From IMG/VR virus record IMGVR_UViG_3300027917_000023: a DNA stretch of 64,000 nt. One strand, given 5' to 3'. This document shows positions 10,180 to 21,033 of the stretch, in pieces (position 1 is the stretch's first letter; each line of letters starts with the position of its first letter). This DNA is from a virus. Both the position numbers and the translations under genes were made by a program. The notes beneath the pieces were generated by a model that did not search any database, was not told the origin of the DNA, and saw only the letters and a program-made list of their open reading frames with translations.

Positions 10180-10533
10180 TTGATGGATATCAGTGGAAAA
10201 GTATGGGGGCATACCAGCCGACTGTTCTCAAAAAACAATGTTGAATTATATAGAATATGGGGCAAAAAAGGCGGCAAGAGCTCGATGCACAGGCATGTTT
10301 CTAAGATATCATTATTCTTCGTCGAGAAGGGGAAGTTAAAGGTTGTTGTTGAAAAGAACGATTATAATCTGGTCGATGAGACAATATTAACGGCTGGCCA
10401 GCAGATGACCATTCGACCAGAGGAATATCACAGATTCGAGGTACTTGAGAATGATACAGTAGCTTATGAAATATACTGGGTAGAAATCGATAGCAACGAT
10501 ATACAAAGGAAAGATTGTGGGTCAATCGATTGA
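10180..10533 (+). CDS. cupin-like small protein
   Basis: 117 aa; HRH...beta-rich pattern reminiscent of cupin sugar isomerase/epimerase folds; weak. Confidence 0.35.
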   Translation: MMDISGKVWGHTSRLFSKNNVELYRIWGKKGGKSSMHRHVSKISLFFVEKGKLKVVVEKNDYNLVDETILTAGQQMTIRPEEYHRFEVLENDTVAYEIYWVEIDSNDIQRKDCGSID

Positions 10534-10782
10534 TAATATGTCCGGGTCTTCAGTAATCAAATCAGCAATTATGTCAACATATTCGAGCGGAACCATTCTG
10601 CCACGTGACGTCATTCTGACTTTTCTGTTCCTACGCGCCTTAAGTGCGCCGCTCAGGGCTTCAATAGAATATAGCCTGTATAATTCCTTTGCTTTTTCGG
10701 ATAGACCAACGGGATTGTACATGCCGCGTTTGGCCATCAATGCATAGGTGATTTCTTTGGCTGTGGCATCTCTTAAACCCAT
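10522..10782 (-). CDS. hypothetical protein
   Basis: 86-aa ORF. Confidence 0.3.
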   Translation of the reverse strand: MGLRDATAKEITYALMAKRGMYNPVGLSEKAKELYRLYSIEALSGALKARRNRKVRMTSRGRMVPLEYVDIIADLITEDPDILSID

Positions 10783-10814
10783 AGTAATTTATATTTGATC
10801 TCAAAAATATTGAA

Positions 10815-11216
10815 ATGGAGGACATAATGGACAATTTAGCTAGGCTAGTCAATAAGATCTGTGATGCTACGACTTATCAGACGCTGTATTCTCTAGAAGA
10901 AGATTTTAACAATGTCGGGCTAACAATGCAATTCACAAAAAAGGGCGATGCAGCCATATGTAAAATCAAAGATGACAAACCATCAGTTGCCAACCCAATG
11001 GAAGATCATATTTATATAGGAAGCCTGGACAATGCCCCAGATATCATAGGGTGTGACGCCGTAATAAAAATAATTAAATTTATCGTAAATGCTAAAGGCA
11101 GCAAAGCAGAAGTAAAGAACACCCCTCGTGGGTGGAAGAATGAATTAAGCATGTATGGAAATTCTATAAAAGTTGAAAACAAACACGAAGAGTACCAAAT
11201 AACAGAAGATTTATAA
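10815..11216 (+). CDS. hypothetical protein
   Basis: 133-aa plus-strand ORF with short upstream spacer. Confidence 0.4.
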   Translation: MEDIMDNLARLVNKICDATTYQTLYSLEEDFNNVGLTMQFTKKGDAAICKIKDDKPSVANPMEDHIYIGSLDNAPDIIGCDAVIKIIKFIVNAKGSKAEVKNTPRGWKNELSMYGNSIKVENKHEEYQITEDL

Positions 11217-11918
11217 TAACGCTCTAAGTGCACCCACCCATGCTTCTATGTTCTGAACTATATCACCAAACGAATCTGCAATAACATGTCCAGCAGCCAA
11301 TTCGTCCCATACAGCATCTGCTATTGCACCCGGCGATGTAGAACCTGCATGTCGTGGTATAATTATTACTGGATCGTTTACCGCTGGTGTAAAAGGCAGT
11401 GTTGATACAGTTAACGCGCCATTGGCGTTGGCATAAGAATTGATTGTCCTAGCAGATACTCCAGCGGCATTTATAACAACAACCTGCAGATTATCCCAGA
11501 AGCCATCAGCTTCGGCAAGATTTGTTCTAATTTCTGTTGGGGATGAGCCCGCAATAGCGGTAGTTCTAGTGGCTACAAGTGTCTCTCCCAAAGAGTCAAA
11601 GTCTTCTTGCGACACTTTCAAGATCGCAGACATCGCGTCATCAATTCTAGGCGGCGGAGGTGGAATCTTATTTACTTCAATCACGACACCGTACTCACCA
11701 ACTCCGTTAGCAGTTATAAACGCCGTTGGTATGGTAAAGTAATACAACCCAGCTTTCACAGCAGATTGTGCAACTGCTGGGTTGTTTGTGGCCGTATTAG
11801 CAGGATTAACAACCGTTACAGTAAAAACACCAGGAGCCAGCCCAGTAACCAATAAACCAGCATTTACTACAACGAACGATCCCTGAAAGCCATCAGACTG
11901 TTTAGCAAACCATACCAT
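11211..11918 (-). CDS. tail fibre protein (short paralog)
   Basis: Gly/Thr/Ala/Asn-rich; C-terminal module homologous to C-terminus of the adjacent 691-aa fibre (ADGFWDNLQVVVINAAG... vs ADGFYDGMYLQVINSAG...). Confidence 0.6.
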   Translation of the reverse strand: MVWFAKQSDGFQGSFVVVNAGLLVTGLAPGVFTVTVVNPANTATNNPAVAQSAVKAGLYYFTIPTAFITANGVGEYGVVIEVNKIPPPPPRIDDAMSAILKVSQEDFDSLGETLVATRTTAIAGSSPTEIRTNLAEADGFWDNLQVVVINAAGVSARTINSYANANGALTVSTLPFTPAVNDPVIIIPRHAGSTSPGAIADAVWDELAAGHVIADSFGDIVQNIEAWVGALRALL

Positions 11919-13993
11919 TACGCCAACCCCGTTCTACCGTCGCTCACCATAGAAAGCACCATCACAGGGTCATCGATCGATGGTGTGAAAGGTAGTGCAC
12001 CGTTTAAATGAAACGCACCATCAGCGTTGGTATAAGAATCAATTTTGCGTACGGCAGTGCCAGCAGAGTTAATTACCTGCAAGTACATCCCATCATAAAA
12101 TCCATCAGCCTGTGTCAAACTTGTTTTAACAAGTACATCAGTGCTTCCTGAAGTAGCCAAACTATCGGCTATAACCGTGGCAGATATTTCAGCACCAAAC
12201 GTTCCAGCCGTAGTATGATTGTCGGCCAATTCGTCCCACACAGTAGACGGAAGTGTGCGCTCCGTCACAGTAGCTCCAGCACTATTGTCAGTGAGGATTC
12301 CGACCCCGGCGATATATACATTGCCTGCGGTAATTGTGTTCATCAATGTCGCTACATAATATCCAGTCACCGCGAACTGAGAACCGGCATTGGTCATGTT
12401 AGCTGCTACGATAATACCAGAGTAGTTGGCGAAACCAGCATTTCCGTCACCGTTCAGGTTAACAACCATTCCGGATGACGACGTGCAGCGGTCTGCATTG
12501 AGGGTCTCTCCGGACGCCACAACAAACGTACCAGCCATAGTACAATTGTCAAGACTGCAATTTATGTTTGTAAATCCGCTCGGCAAATTACAATCGATAG
12601 CATCGAAATGGCCTGAGGCTGACCCAGTAAGCGTGACGCTCTTGAAAGCGGTACTAGATACACTCTGACCGTTCATATTCACACTGGCAGAGTCAGTGCT
12701 ATGAGATTCAATCGTGTATCCATTAACAGCACCGGTTAGTGTGATACTGCCATGTATATGGATCTTCATGATGCTGTTGGCAGATGCGATAGCCAAAGCA
12801 TCCGTAATATTATCAACCGGGCTGGATGCTGTGCCATTTGGAAATGCTGTTCCTGAATTGCCGCTCCCAGTGTCGAGCCACACGGTATCCCACTGCGTCT
12901 TTGTAATAAGTTCTTTGTTAAGCAAGCCATCTGTGTTCACGTCCGCCGTACCAGTGCTGTTATCTACAATGATTCCGACTCCTGAGATTATGATAGTTCC
13001 AGCAGTCACCGTGGAATCCAAAATAATCATTCCGCCAGTCAGTCCGACACCAACCTCCTCTGTATCTGAAGTCAAATTCTTAATGGTGACTATACCGGAA
13101 TAGTTAGGCATAGCCAGATCCTGGCCAACACCACCCATATCAATGATAGGCGGGTTGTCTTGGTCAATCGTATAACAATTTGCCAAGACAGCTTCTTCAC
13201 TACCGTCAAGTGTGATTGTGCCGTAGAGGCCACAATTGGTGATCTGTCCATTCACGTAGTTCAGCGTGCCAACATAAGAATCTTTTACAGTAGAACCACC
13301 ATCTAGCGTTCCTTGGAGATCGCATTCTAAGAACTCACAATTGGTAACATTCGCAGCAGTATTTACAGTCAATGACGACTTGGTGCGAGATTGCCCCCTA
13401 AACACCATATCCTGATAACCAGCACCGGAGTTAATAGTCAGATCACCAATAACATTAATTATACCAATGCCTTTCGCTGTGGCAATAACCATACAATCAG
13501 CTAAATTGTCTGTTGGTTGGCGAAGCGTGCCGGTAGGATAAATCTGTCCAGATCTAGCACGCCCAGTGGTGTTTGCAACATCAACATATATGCCGTCAGC
13601 GTATTCCCCAAACTCGATGGCAGATGAGTGGACCAAACCGGCACTATTCAGTGGGCGCACTGACACTTGGTTGAGATTTACACGATCACCAACATTGCTG
13701 TTGGCTCCAACCAAGTTGACAGCATATTGGTCGTCTTCGAAGGTGATGGTATACTCGTTAACAATCTCAACCGTGCGAGCGAGTTCAACACCACCAATCT
13801 GGAAAGGTGGGTTGTGGTTATGGGTCTTTGGCCAATTGATTCCTTGGATATTGTCTTCGAGGCCCTTTAATGTCAGGCGGAACTGGTTCAGGTCCAGAGA
13901 ATACACGTCGAACGGATCCGTCTGGATCAGTGTCATATCCGTTTTGTAGATGTAGATGACCTTGTTAGGCCAATCAACTGTAATAGCCACCAC
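11918..13993 (-). CDS. tail fibre protein
   Basis: 691 aa, Gly/Thr/Ser/Asn-rich beta-helix-like composition; shares N- and C-terminal modules with the 235-aa paralog. Confidence 0.65.
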   Translation of the reverse strand: MVAITVDWPNKVIYIYKTDMTLIQTDPFDVYSLDLNQFRLTLKGLEDNIQGINWPKTHNHNPPFQIGGVELARTVEIVNEYTITFEDDQYAVNLVGANSNVGDRVNLNQVSVRPLNSAGLVHSSAIEFGEYADGIYVDVANTTGRARSGQIYPTGTLRQPTDNLADCMVIATAKGIGIINVIGDLTINSGAGYQDMVFRGQSRTKSSLTVNTAANVTNCEFLECDLQGTLDGGSTVKDSYVGTLNYVNGQITNCGLYGTITLDGSEEAVLANCYTIDQDNPPIIDMGGVGQDLAMPNYSGIVTIKNLTSDTEEVGVGLTGGMIILDSTVTAGTIIISGVGIIVDNSTGTADVNTDGLLNKELITKTQWDTVWLDTGSGNSGTAFPNGTASSPVDNITDALAIASANSIMKIHIHGSITLTGAVNGYTIESHSTDSASVNMNGQSVSSTAFKSVTLTGSASGHFDAIDCNLPSGFTNINCSLDNCTMAGTFVVASGETLNADRCTSSSGMVVNLNGDGNAGFANYSGIIVAANMTNAGSQFAVTGYYVATLMNTITAGNVYIAGVGILTDNSAGATVTERTLPSTVWDELADNHTTAGTFGAEISATVIADSLATSGSTDVLVKTSLTQADGFYDGMYLQVINSAGTAVRKIDSYTNADGAFHLNGALPFTPSIDDPVMVLSMVSDGRTGLA

Positions 13994-14002
13994 TCACCCC
14001 CA

Positions 14003-14326
14003 TTATTCACCGTCCGCATAGCTCGTGGTGCCTTTGGCATAGAACTGCTGTTGCAGACTGGCAAGCTGAGTGCGGTACTGCTCAAGCAGACCACCAAGAG
14101 CACGCATCGTCTCCTCCAACTTGCCCATTCGCTGTTCTAATATACGAAACATCTTGCGAGTTTCGTTGCCATGGTTTACGGCAGCTTCAGTATTCCGGCG
14201 GTTGACTTCTTCAGAGGCCAGCATAGTTGCGATGTCTTTAGGAACCGCCATGATTTTGTCTAAAGCTTTCTTGTCGGTAATTTTAACTTCTACTTCCTCA
14301 CCGCCTGTAGAGCCTATCGCTGTCAT
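14003..14326 (-). CDS. small coiled-coil protein (possible fibre assembly/whisker-like)
   Basis: 107 aa, heptad-like EQRMGKLEETMRALGGLLEQYRTQLASLQQQ. Confidence 0.4.
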   Translation of the reverse strand: MTAIGSTGGEEVEVKITDKKALDKIMAVPKDIATMLASEEVNRRNTEAAVNHGNETRKMFRILEQRMGKLEETMRALGGLLEQYRTQLASLQQQFYAKGTTSYADGE

Positions 14327-14335
14327 AAAAACCTC

Positions 14336-16129
14336 TTATTCGTCGGAGACCAACAAAACAGTAATATCTTTGTCTGCATCAGACGCCAATGTATCTACAA
14401 TATCAAACTGTTTATAATACGGGGACGATGTTTGCTTCCTAGCCCATCCTGAGAAAGGTTGGTCGAAAGAAATCGACCACGAATCACTAATCTCACCGCT
14501 ACCATCTGTTGTTCCGGCAAGCATCACAAACGTCGCCGTAATCGTACCAGTCGCAGGAGAAGACCCAATGGTTTCATTCGTGGTATAAGTATAAGTACTA
14601 CCGTCAGAGTATGTGATCTGATAACGACCGTTATAGACGTCCTCGTTGGCTCCTTGGATGTTCACCCAATCCCCGGTTTCCAGGCCATGAGTCGCATGTG
14701 TGACGGTCGCTGTAGTACCAGATCCAGTAATGTTTACCGAGGCGTTGTAGGGGAAGTTGACACCGCTTGTCACTTCCACAAAAACCTGTACTCCAGAGAT
14801 GACAGCTTTTGTGTCACCATCTTTGACAGTAATGGTAAGAGTAACCGGGCTGATAACTACGCTAGTTGACGCCCCAGACCCATTTCTAACGCTGAAATTT
14901 CCTGTGCCACCAGTGATATAAATCGTGATTGCTTTGCCGGAGTTGTTATAGATGGTGGAGTCATTCTGCTCATCAGAAGCATTGTAACCAGATGTCGTCC
15001 AGCCACGAAGTGTAATCGAACTAGGCGTGTTGCTGCCTAATTCAATCGCATGAGTAGTGGCCGTGCCCTTAGTGAACTCCATATCGTCCAACTCACCATC
15101 AGGATCAGCATTGACGTTGTAATATAGGGCAGCGGTACCAGTAGAACCCTCGTAGCCTTTGATCACCGAACCTGTCAGGTCTGCGCCACCAGCTGTGATC
15201 TGACCGCAATCGTTGTATGAGTTACCAGTGACAGTCTGGCCACTAGCATAGGTGAAATCTCCGCCCCTACGGAAGACGTTATCAGTAATCTCAACAGAAC
15301 CTGGGCTACCGGTGGACATATCGAAGTCAAATCTTGTGTCGGCAGCGGTACCGGCGGACTTGATGGTAGACCCGGTGATGAGAATGTCCGCGCCGCTGCC
15401 ATTACCGTTGATGGCGTAGAGTCCGTCAGCGACGGGCTGATCCGTGAAGATCAGCACGTCACCATCCATCTCGAAGTAGGTCGTGGTAGCGCCGTTGCCG
15501 AGCTGTATCTTGCCGTAACTGAAGTAAACACCCTCGCTCTCCAGCACTATCCCGTAGCCTATGAGTGTGGCCCCAGAAATACGGTCTGCTTCTGCAACAT
15601 CACTAAGATGCACAGCATTTGAACCGCTACCTGTACCGCCAGTGATATAGTAGCCGTCCATGTAACGGAAGTAGTCGACCCAGGTATTGGTGGCATTCTT
15701 GGCGTTGGTGTGGTGATTGGCGCGGATACCCCAACGATCGACGTTGGCTGGGGTCACAGTGGTGAACAGCGCGCAGTCGACCACCATGTTGAACCAACCG
15801 CCGAAATAGTCGTCGCTGCTGAAGATAGTCACATAGTCGGTATTCGTACCGTCGTACACGAATACCTCGTAACCGCCGTTAGTCTCAGTCTCCATGTAGG
15901 GCACGTTGATCGTGTTGATCCAGAGACGGAGGTGTTCTCCGGAGCAAGAGATAGGCGAGCCCTTATCTACGTAACCCTCATCAAGGTCGGAGCGGAGGAT
16001 GCCAGACATGGCGTTGGTACCCTCTTTCTTGATGTCTGGGTCCGCAGTAGTGAACTCAGTCCAATCGGTGTTAGCATCAGCGTCGTCAATCTCAGTGAGA
16101 TTGATTGCTCCCAGCGTTGCTGTTGCCAT
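14336..16129 (-). CDS. tail fibre / receptor-binding structural protein
   Basis: 597 aa, Thr/Gly/Ser-rich, GC-rich gene in fibre block. Confidence 0.6.
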   Translation of the reverse strand: MATATLGAINLTEIDDADANTDWTEFTTADPDIKKEGTNAMSGILRSDLDEGYVDKGSPISCSGEHLRLWINTINVPYMETETNGGYEVFVYDGTNTDYVTIFSSDDYFGGWFNMVVDCALFTTVTPANVDRWGIRANHHTNAKNATNTWVDYFRYMDGYYITGGTGSGSNAVHLSDVAEADRISGATLIGYGIVLESEGVYFSYGKIQLGNGATTTYFEMDGDVLIFTDQPVADGLYAINGNGSGADILITGSTIKSAGTAADTRFDFDMSTGSPGSVEITDNVFRRGGDFTYASGQTVTGNSYNDCGQITAGGADLTGSVIKGYEGSTGTAALYYNVNADPDGELDDMEFTKGTATTHAIELGSNTPSSITLRGWTTSGYNASDEQNDSTIYNNSGKAITIYITGGTGNFSVRNGSGASTSVVISPVTLTITVKDGDTKAVISGVQVFVEVTSGVNFPYNASVNITGSGTTATVTHATHGLETGDWVNIQGANEDVYNGRYQITYSDGSTYTYTTNETIGSSPATGTITATFVMLAGTTDGSGEISDSWSISFDQPFSGWARKQTSSPYYKQFDIVDTLASDADKDITVLLVSDE

Positions 16130-16132
16130 GGC

Positions 16133-16456
16133 TTACTCGCACTTCTCTTTGAGGGTCTCTATAACAGGGCGCAGCTGCCGTACCTTTTGCTCGGTCAGGC
16201 AATTGAACAGTTTGCACATGCGTGGTTTCTTGTCCTGTATCCTGCATATAGCAAACCCGTTATTTAGTTTGCTCAGATAGATACAGATATCGTCTTCATC
16301 CACAGGGATCGTAGGCCCGAGGTCTCCGTCAATAACTACAATATCGGCTGATATTTTTTCATCAGATGCGTAAGAGCAGCCACCAAAAACGCTGTCGCGG
16401 CGGTAGCCACAACACCAACCACACCGCACACAATCCACGAAGAACTCTTTAGGCAT
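16133..16456 (-). CDS. Cys-rich small protein
   Basis: 107 aa with CVRCGWCCGY ... C...C cluster; function unknown. Confidence 0.4.
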   Translation of the reverse strand: MPKEFFVDCVRCGWCCGYRRDSVFGGCSYASDEKISADIVVIDGDLGPTIPVDEDDICIYLSKLNNGFAICRIQDKKPRMCKLFNCLTEQKVRQLRPVIETLKEKCE

Positions 16457-18920
16457 CCGAAATCCGTGAGATAGTCAGAGTCTGGCCGACACTAGTAAAC
16501 GTCCACTGGCTGATGTACTCCTTGATTGGCGTTCCACCGCCATCTCGCACGAGAGCAACCAAATCACGGCTACCAGCGGTATGTACAGCCTGGTACCGAT
16601 CAGTAGAACTGGTACCATCGTACTCTTGGTCCAGGTACGCAATGTAGATGTCGTTTCCGATATCCGCATTGACAGATGCGAAATCTTCGTTTCCATCGGT
16701 CGTATCGATGTTGTAGAACCGGTTGGGCGTCCCGTTCTCCCAGTTATTGTAGTGCAGGCGGCGCTCCAGACCGTTGTTGTCCGTCACCCGAATCCAGCCA
16801 TCAGCCGGAGTGTCGGAAGGAATGGACTCCGTGATCTCCACCTCGGTGATGTTGTCCGTTGTGAGAGCGGCGGCCAGAGACAACTGATCCTTGTCGATGG
16901 CCGGGTTGTCCTCCGGATCAAGAGTGACGCCATCCCACGGAGCAACCAGCACCCTGTCGCCAGTGACCATTCCACCGACGATGTTGGTAACCAGGTTGGG
17001 CGGGTTCCTGGTAACCCCGTCCAACGCGGTGAGTTTGTCATTCTGAGACAGGTCGGCGTACTCAACACCGACACCGTAAGCGCCAATAATGGCCGAACCA
17101 GTGGACTGTCCGAGGAATGCAGGCGAAACGGCTCTGGATGTGACACTTCCATCGACGTCCAGGTAGTCCGTCACATCGGCGGCGGCAGGGTCTGTTCCAC
17201 AGTAATACAGCCTAATATTGTTGCTCACCGTAACGCCATTCAGCGTCTGGACGTACAGGTTACCCGTGGCCCCATCATCGTCAACAGCCAAACAGAGCAG
17301 CAGACCACCGCCGGTCACTGCTGTAGGCGTGCCATTGACCGTGGCCTGGGCTCCGGACACTTGACCAGTAAAGGTCTCTGCGTCCGTGACAGTGCCGCTC
17401 TCCACTCGAATGATGAGGCTGCCCGTAGAGCCATCGTCGTCGATGGCAATGACCGTGCCTTTCCAGGCAGGGGTAGCCGTGTCCTCGTGGACAGCCTCGC
17501 CAACGAGGAAAGGACCTCCGGACTCGCCTGTATAAACCACGTTGGTGCCCCAGGCGAGGCGGTCGTTGGTACTAACAGAGATTCCGCCAGCTTCACCGTC
17601 GTAGGCGAACGAGTGGGTAACGCCTCGGAACCAGATGCCCGGGATGTCGTGAATCTCGGACGATGTGTACACCTGGAAGGCAAGGTCATCAGCGGCAACC
17701 GCCGTCCACCCAGCTGTATTATGCGCCCGGTTACCGCTATGGGTACCAGATGAAGCTAAACCCTCAACGTGAACATAATTCGAAGCATCTCCATCTCCAT
17801 GCTCGATCACGAGGCAGTAGTACGTACTTGCTGCCACCGGCACCGGAGTCTCCCACCAGAAGGTGTACTCGCGGTAGTCAGAAGTGAGATTGCCAGCCTC
17901 AATTGCCTCAGATACGCCACCCTGAATGGCATTGGGCACCGATGATGTCCCGTACGTGCCGCTGTGGGAGTAGATGGAGGCTGTGATATCGCCAGTGGGA
18001 GAACCCAAACCGATCTTTAGATTCACCGTGACCTTGTGAATCAGCATGGCGTTGCCGCCGACCGTGAACGACTGGGCCGCTCCCGTAATGGTAGCATCGT
18101 CCACGACGAAATTGGAGCCACTATCCGAGCAGGAGTCCTCGGCGGTTGGATCCTTGGCGAGCCATTTGGTGCGCTCGTAGAGCTGGTTGATGGTGTAGGA
18201 GTCGCGGTTCCATTCGGAGTAGTACTCCTCGTCTGTTCCGTTGTTGTCAACGTCGATCAGGCGGAGACCCTCGGTATTAGTGATAGTGGTCCATCCGGCC
18301 ACGGTGGCGGCGACGGTTTCATTGTTCAGGTCGTCGCTGTCGGTAAGGGCCAAGACGTTGTTGCCACGGGCAGTGCCGTTGATCTTGAATTCGCTGTAGG
18401 TGTTCTCGTAAGTACGGCAGATACCTACCAACCGCCGACCGTCGATATCGACACCATTCACCCGAGTCTTGATCATGAATCGGTGGCTAATACCAGCATT
18501 AGCGTCGGCGTTCAGACCACCAGTACTGAAGTTCCACCAATCGTCGGCCAGGGCTTTACCGTCCTGGAGGATCTGGATCTGGACTGTGGCGTTGCCGAAG
18601 TTCACGATGCCATCGTAGATTGTATCCCCGCCGTCCTGCACGATCGAACCGTCGTAGAGATGTTCGACAGCGTTGTCATCAAGGTTGTACCCGTTGAGTA
18701 ATGTGATGTAGTTGTCCGTCGCTCGGCTGGACGGGTTTAGACCAGTGATGTCCAGCTCATCGTCACCAGATGCCACGGCGTCGTCCGCGAGGCCCTGGAT
18801 CCAGCGGTGAAGCTGAATCACGGTCGCATACGACGGGCTCCCACCGTCATGATCGTCTCCGATATATCGGATATCCTTAGTGGACCTGTCAATGGTCCAG
18901 TCACCTGGCACTATAGCCAT
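16449..18920 (-). CDS. large tail fibre / structural protein
   Basis: 823 aa Gly/Thr/Asp-rich; GAGGAGG RBS upstream of ATG at 18920. Confidence 0.6.
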   Translation of the reverse strand: MAIVPGDWTIDRSTKDIRYIGDDHDGGSPSYATVIQLHRWIQGLADDAVASGDDELDITGLNPSSRATDNYITLLNGYNLDDNAVEHLYDGSIVQDGGDTIYDGIVNFGNATVQIQILQDGKALADDWWNFSTGGLNADANAGISHRFMIKTRVNGVDIDGRRLVGICRTYENTYSEFKINGTARGNNVLALTDSDDLNNETVAATVAGWTTITNTEGLRLIDVDNNGTDEEYYSEWNRDSYTINQLYERTKWLAKDPTAEDSCSDSGSNFVVDDATITGAAQSFTVGGNAMLIHKVTVNLKIGLGSPTGDITASIYSHSGTYGTSSVPNAIQGGVSEAIEAGNLTSDYREYTFWWETPVPVAASTYYCLVIEHGDGDASNYVHVEGLASSGTHSGNRAHNTAGWTAVAADDLAFQVYTSSEIHDIPGIWFRGVTHSFAYDGEAGGISVSTNDRLAWGTNVVYTGESGGPFLVGEAVHEDTATPAWKGTVIAIDDDGSTGSLIIRVESGTVTDAETFTGQVSGAQATVNGTPTAVTGGGLLLCLAVDDDGATGNLYVQTLNGVTVSNNIRLYYCGTDPAAADVTDYLDVDGSVTSRAVSPAFLGQSTGSAIIGAYGVGVEYADLSQNDKLTALDGVTRNPPNLVTNIVGGMVTGDRVLVAPWDGVTLDPEDNPAIDKDQLSLAAALTTDNITEVEITESIPSDTPADGWIRVTDNNGLERRLHYNNWENGTPNRFYNIDTTDGNEDFASVNADIGNDIYIAYLDQEYDGTSSTDRYQAVHTAGSRDLVALVRDGGGTPIKEYISQWTFTSVGQTLTISRISDA

Positions 18921-19030
18921 ATTATAGCCTCCTCATATACTTACTCGCACAACGCTATTATATATTTTACTTCAACACTTATTTTTATACGAAATTAAAG
19001 ATAATTATTTTCAATCCAACAAATATAACT

Positions 19031-19492
19031 TCAATTAACTGTAACAGACGTTAGATTCTTGCCAACATATACTAAATTTTTGGTTAGTGTTGCTCCGTCG
19101 CTATTCCTTGTCAATACTATCTTAGTCAAATTCTTACCTGTATATGTCAAAACTTTACCAAACAATTGGACTGCCTTGGTATTGTCAACATAAACATTTA
19201 TACTGGTAAGATTTTTACCAACATAAGTAAATTCAGTGTATCTGGCAATCGATGCTGCCTTAAATGCCATTTCCAATTCAAGATTTAATTTTTCCCTATC
19301 AGTTATGGCTGATGGAATTGGATCGTTTAAGACTTTCCAATCGGCTAATGCACCTGCCGCAGCTGCTACCGCCCAGTAATACGTTATACCAGTTGACCTT
19401 ACGGTACGTACGTCACCCTGTACATTACCTACAACAGGCAAACTAGGGAAAGTAGCGACTGAATCTCTGAGCACTTTTACTATTTTAGACAT
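19031..19492 (-). CDS. hypothetical protein with internal VGKNLT repeats
   Basis: YVGKNLTSINVYVDN / YTGKNLTKIVL / YVGKNLTSVTVN repeated units. Confidence 0.4.
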   Translation of the reverse strand: MSKIVKVLRDSVATFPSLPVVGNVQGDVRTVRSTGITYYWAVAAAAGALADWKVLNDPIPSAITDREKLNLELEMAFKAASIARYTEFTYVGKNLTSINVYVDNTKAVQLFGKVLTYTGKNLTKIVLTRNSDGATLTKNLVYVGKNLTSVTVN

Positions 19493-20276
19493 CTATAAGG
19501 TCAAGCCTCAGTCCAACTATTGCAGGTAATTCAGTCTGTGGATCGGGGCTGCCATCCCAATTCCTAGAAATTTTAATGCTCACTATATCATTGGCATGGA
19601 TAAATTCGCCAGTATCCATAATTTCAGTTTCTCTTATGTCACCCCTCAATAAATTAAAGGTTGATATGTTGGTATCATTTGTAATTTCTGAACTATTACC
19701 AGTGGTTATTTCTGTCGCCACGACTGAAGTTCTTAAATCATAAGACGTATTGTCCCCAGAATCGTAGGCCCATATCAGATATATTTTCATTCTTGTATAA
19801 ATAATGCTTCCATCTATTTTAGTATTATATCCTATTACTGAAAGCTCATTAGATGGTAAATACAAAATTAATCTTTTATCGTCTAAATTGCCTTGGGTAG
19901 CGCCAGCCCATACACTCATGGCACCAACAGCAACAAAATTCGGGTCTTGATCGAACATTATTGGTGTTGGTTCTAGCGTATCACTTCCTATCAGCCAGTT
20001 AATGTATGCTTTAAATTTCTCACCACGCTGTATGCCATAAATCTGATCCAAAAACGGCAGAGCTGAATTCGGTATATCCAATTCTATCGTGTTAGTCAAC
20101 GGATCATAAATCGTTCTAAATTCAACATTTTCCTCATTATTCAATGCCAATCGAGCGAATAATGCATACAGAAATAAATCGTTCATACCAGCGGATTCTC
20201 TAGCAGAACGAAGCACATTCGGAGTTATTCGTCCGAATACGTTGTCACCTCTGGATACGGCCATACAATCCTCCAT
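19485..20276 (-). CDS. hypothetical protein
   Basis: 263-aa ORF overlapping the downstream gene by 8 bp. Confidence 0.4.
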   Translation of the reverse strand: MEDCMAVSRGDNVFGRITPNVLRSARESAGMNDLFLYALFARLALNNEENVEFRTIYDPLTNTIELDIPNSALPFLDQIYGIQRGEKFKAYINWLIGSDTLEPTPIMFDQDPNFVAVGAMSVWAGATQGNLDDKRLILYLPSNELSVIGYNTKIDGSIIYTRMKIYLIWAYDSGDNTSYDLRTSVVATEITTGNSSEITNDTNISTFNLLRGDIRETEIMDTGEFIHANDIVSIKISRNWDGSPDPQTELPAIVGLRLDLIDV

Positions 20277-20301
20277 TATTATATTTGATTATCTTTAGAT
20301 A

Positions 20302-21033
20302 TCAATCGGGCTTGGGGTGCCTACAATCGGTGGTTTTGTGAGAGGGGATTTGTGATGTGGCTTTTCTTAGTGCTTGTGATATATCATAATACTCTACCAT
20401 ATCATTGATTTTAGAACCTGGTGTGCACGATATTATCTTAAAGTCAAACTCTTTGGCATATGGGAGTATTTCTTTGATTTGCCTCAAAGCCATGTCATAC
20501 GTTCGCTGGTTGTATCCGATCTGTACGTCGTTGAGTTTTCTTTCATAACAATATATGTTGTTTTTATTTGTAACAAATGAGCATCCGACAAGATAAACCT
20601 CGTTGAACCCTAACCTATATGCAACTTGGATTGCCAACGTAAATACATTCTTACACCAAGTGAAATTCCTGCCGCGCAAATAGAATACATTAGGCTCCAT
20701 TTTCTCCGATGCCATAAAATAAGTGTTCGGCATATCGCGCCATCTTTTATCACCAATCATACAATTCTTTCTAGTAATATAAGTAAATTTCATTGGGGCT
20801 GGGTCCATCAATATCGACGCGGAATAATTTTCGGCGATATCAGCACCAACCCATAAATCAGGTCTTATAATCGTTGCAGTGTTATTCATTACCATTTTGA
20901 CTATTAATTTGTTGTCAAACTTGTTTTTCACCTCATTAATATATGGCGACCCTCCAAATAAAAAGCATGGTCCACTAAATAGACCATCTAAATCCATAGC
21001 TTTTCGCCTGCCACCTTGGTATCTAAAAAACAT
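20302..21033 (-). CDS. hypothetical protein in glycan cluster
   Basis: 243 aa; stop/start overlap with glycosyltransferase. Confidence 0.45.
   Translation of the reverse strand: MFFRYQGGRRKAMDLDGLFSGPCFLFGGSPYINEVKNKFDNKLIVKMVMNNTATIIRPDLWVGADIAENYSASILMDPAPMKFTYITRKNCMIGDKRWRDMPNTYFMASEKMEPNVFYLRGRNFTWCKNVFTLAIQVAYRLGFNEVYLVGCSFVTNKNNIYCYERKLNDVQIGYNQRTYDMALRQIKEILPYAKEFDFKIISCTPGSKINDMVEYYDISQALRKATSQIPSHKTTDCRHPKPD

Noticed and set aside
15710-18701. Long plus-strand ORFs (15710..16267, 16581..17753, 18036..18701) inside the fibre block
   Set aside because: They lie antisense to GC-rich minus-strand fibre genes. Their products are low-complexity R/V/G-rich strings with no start context, so they are shadow ORFs.
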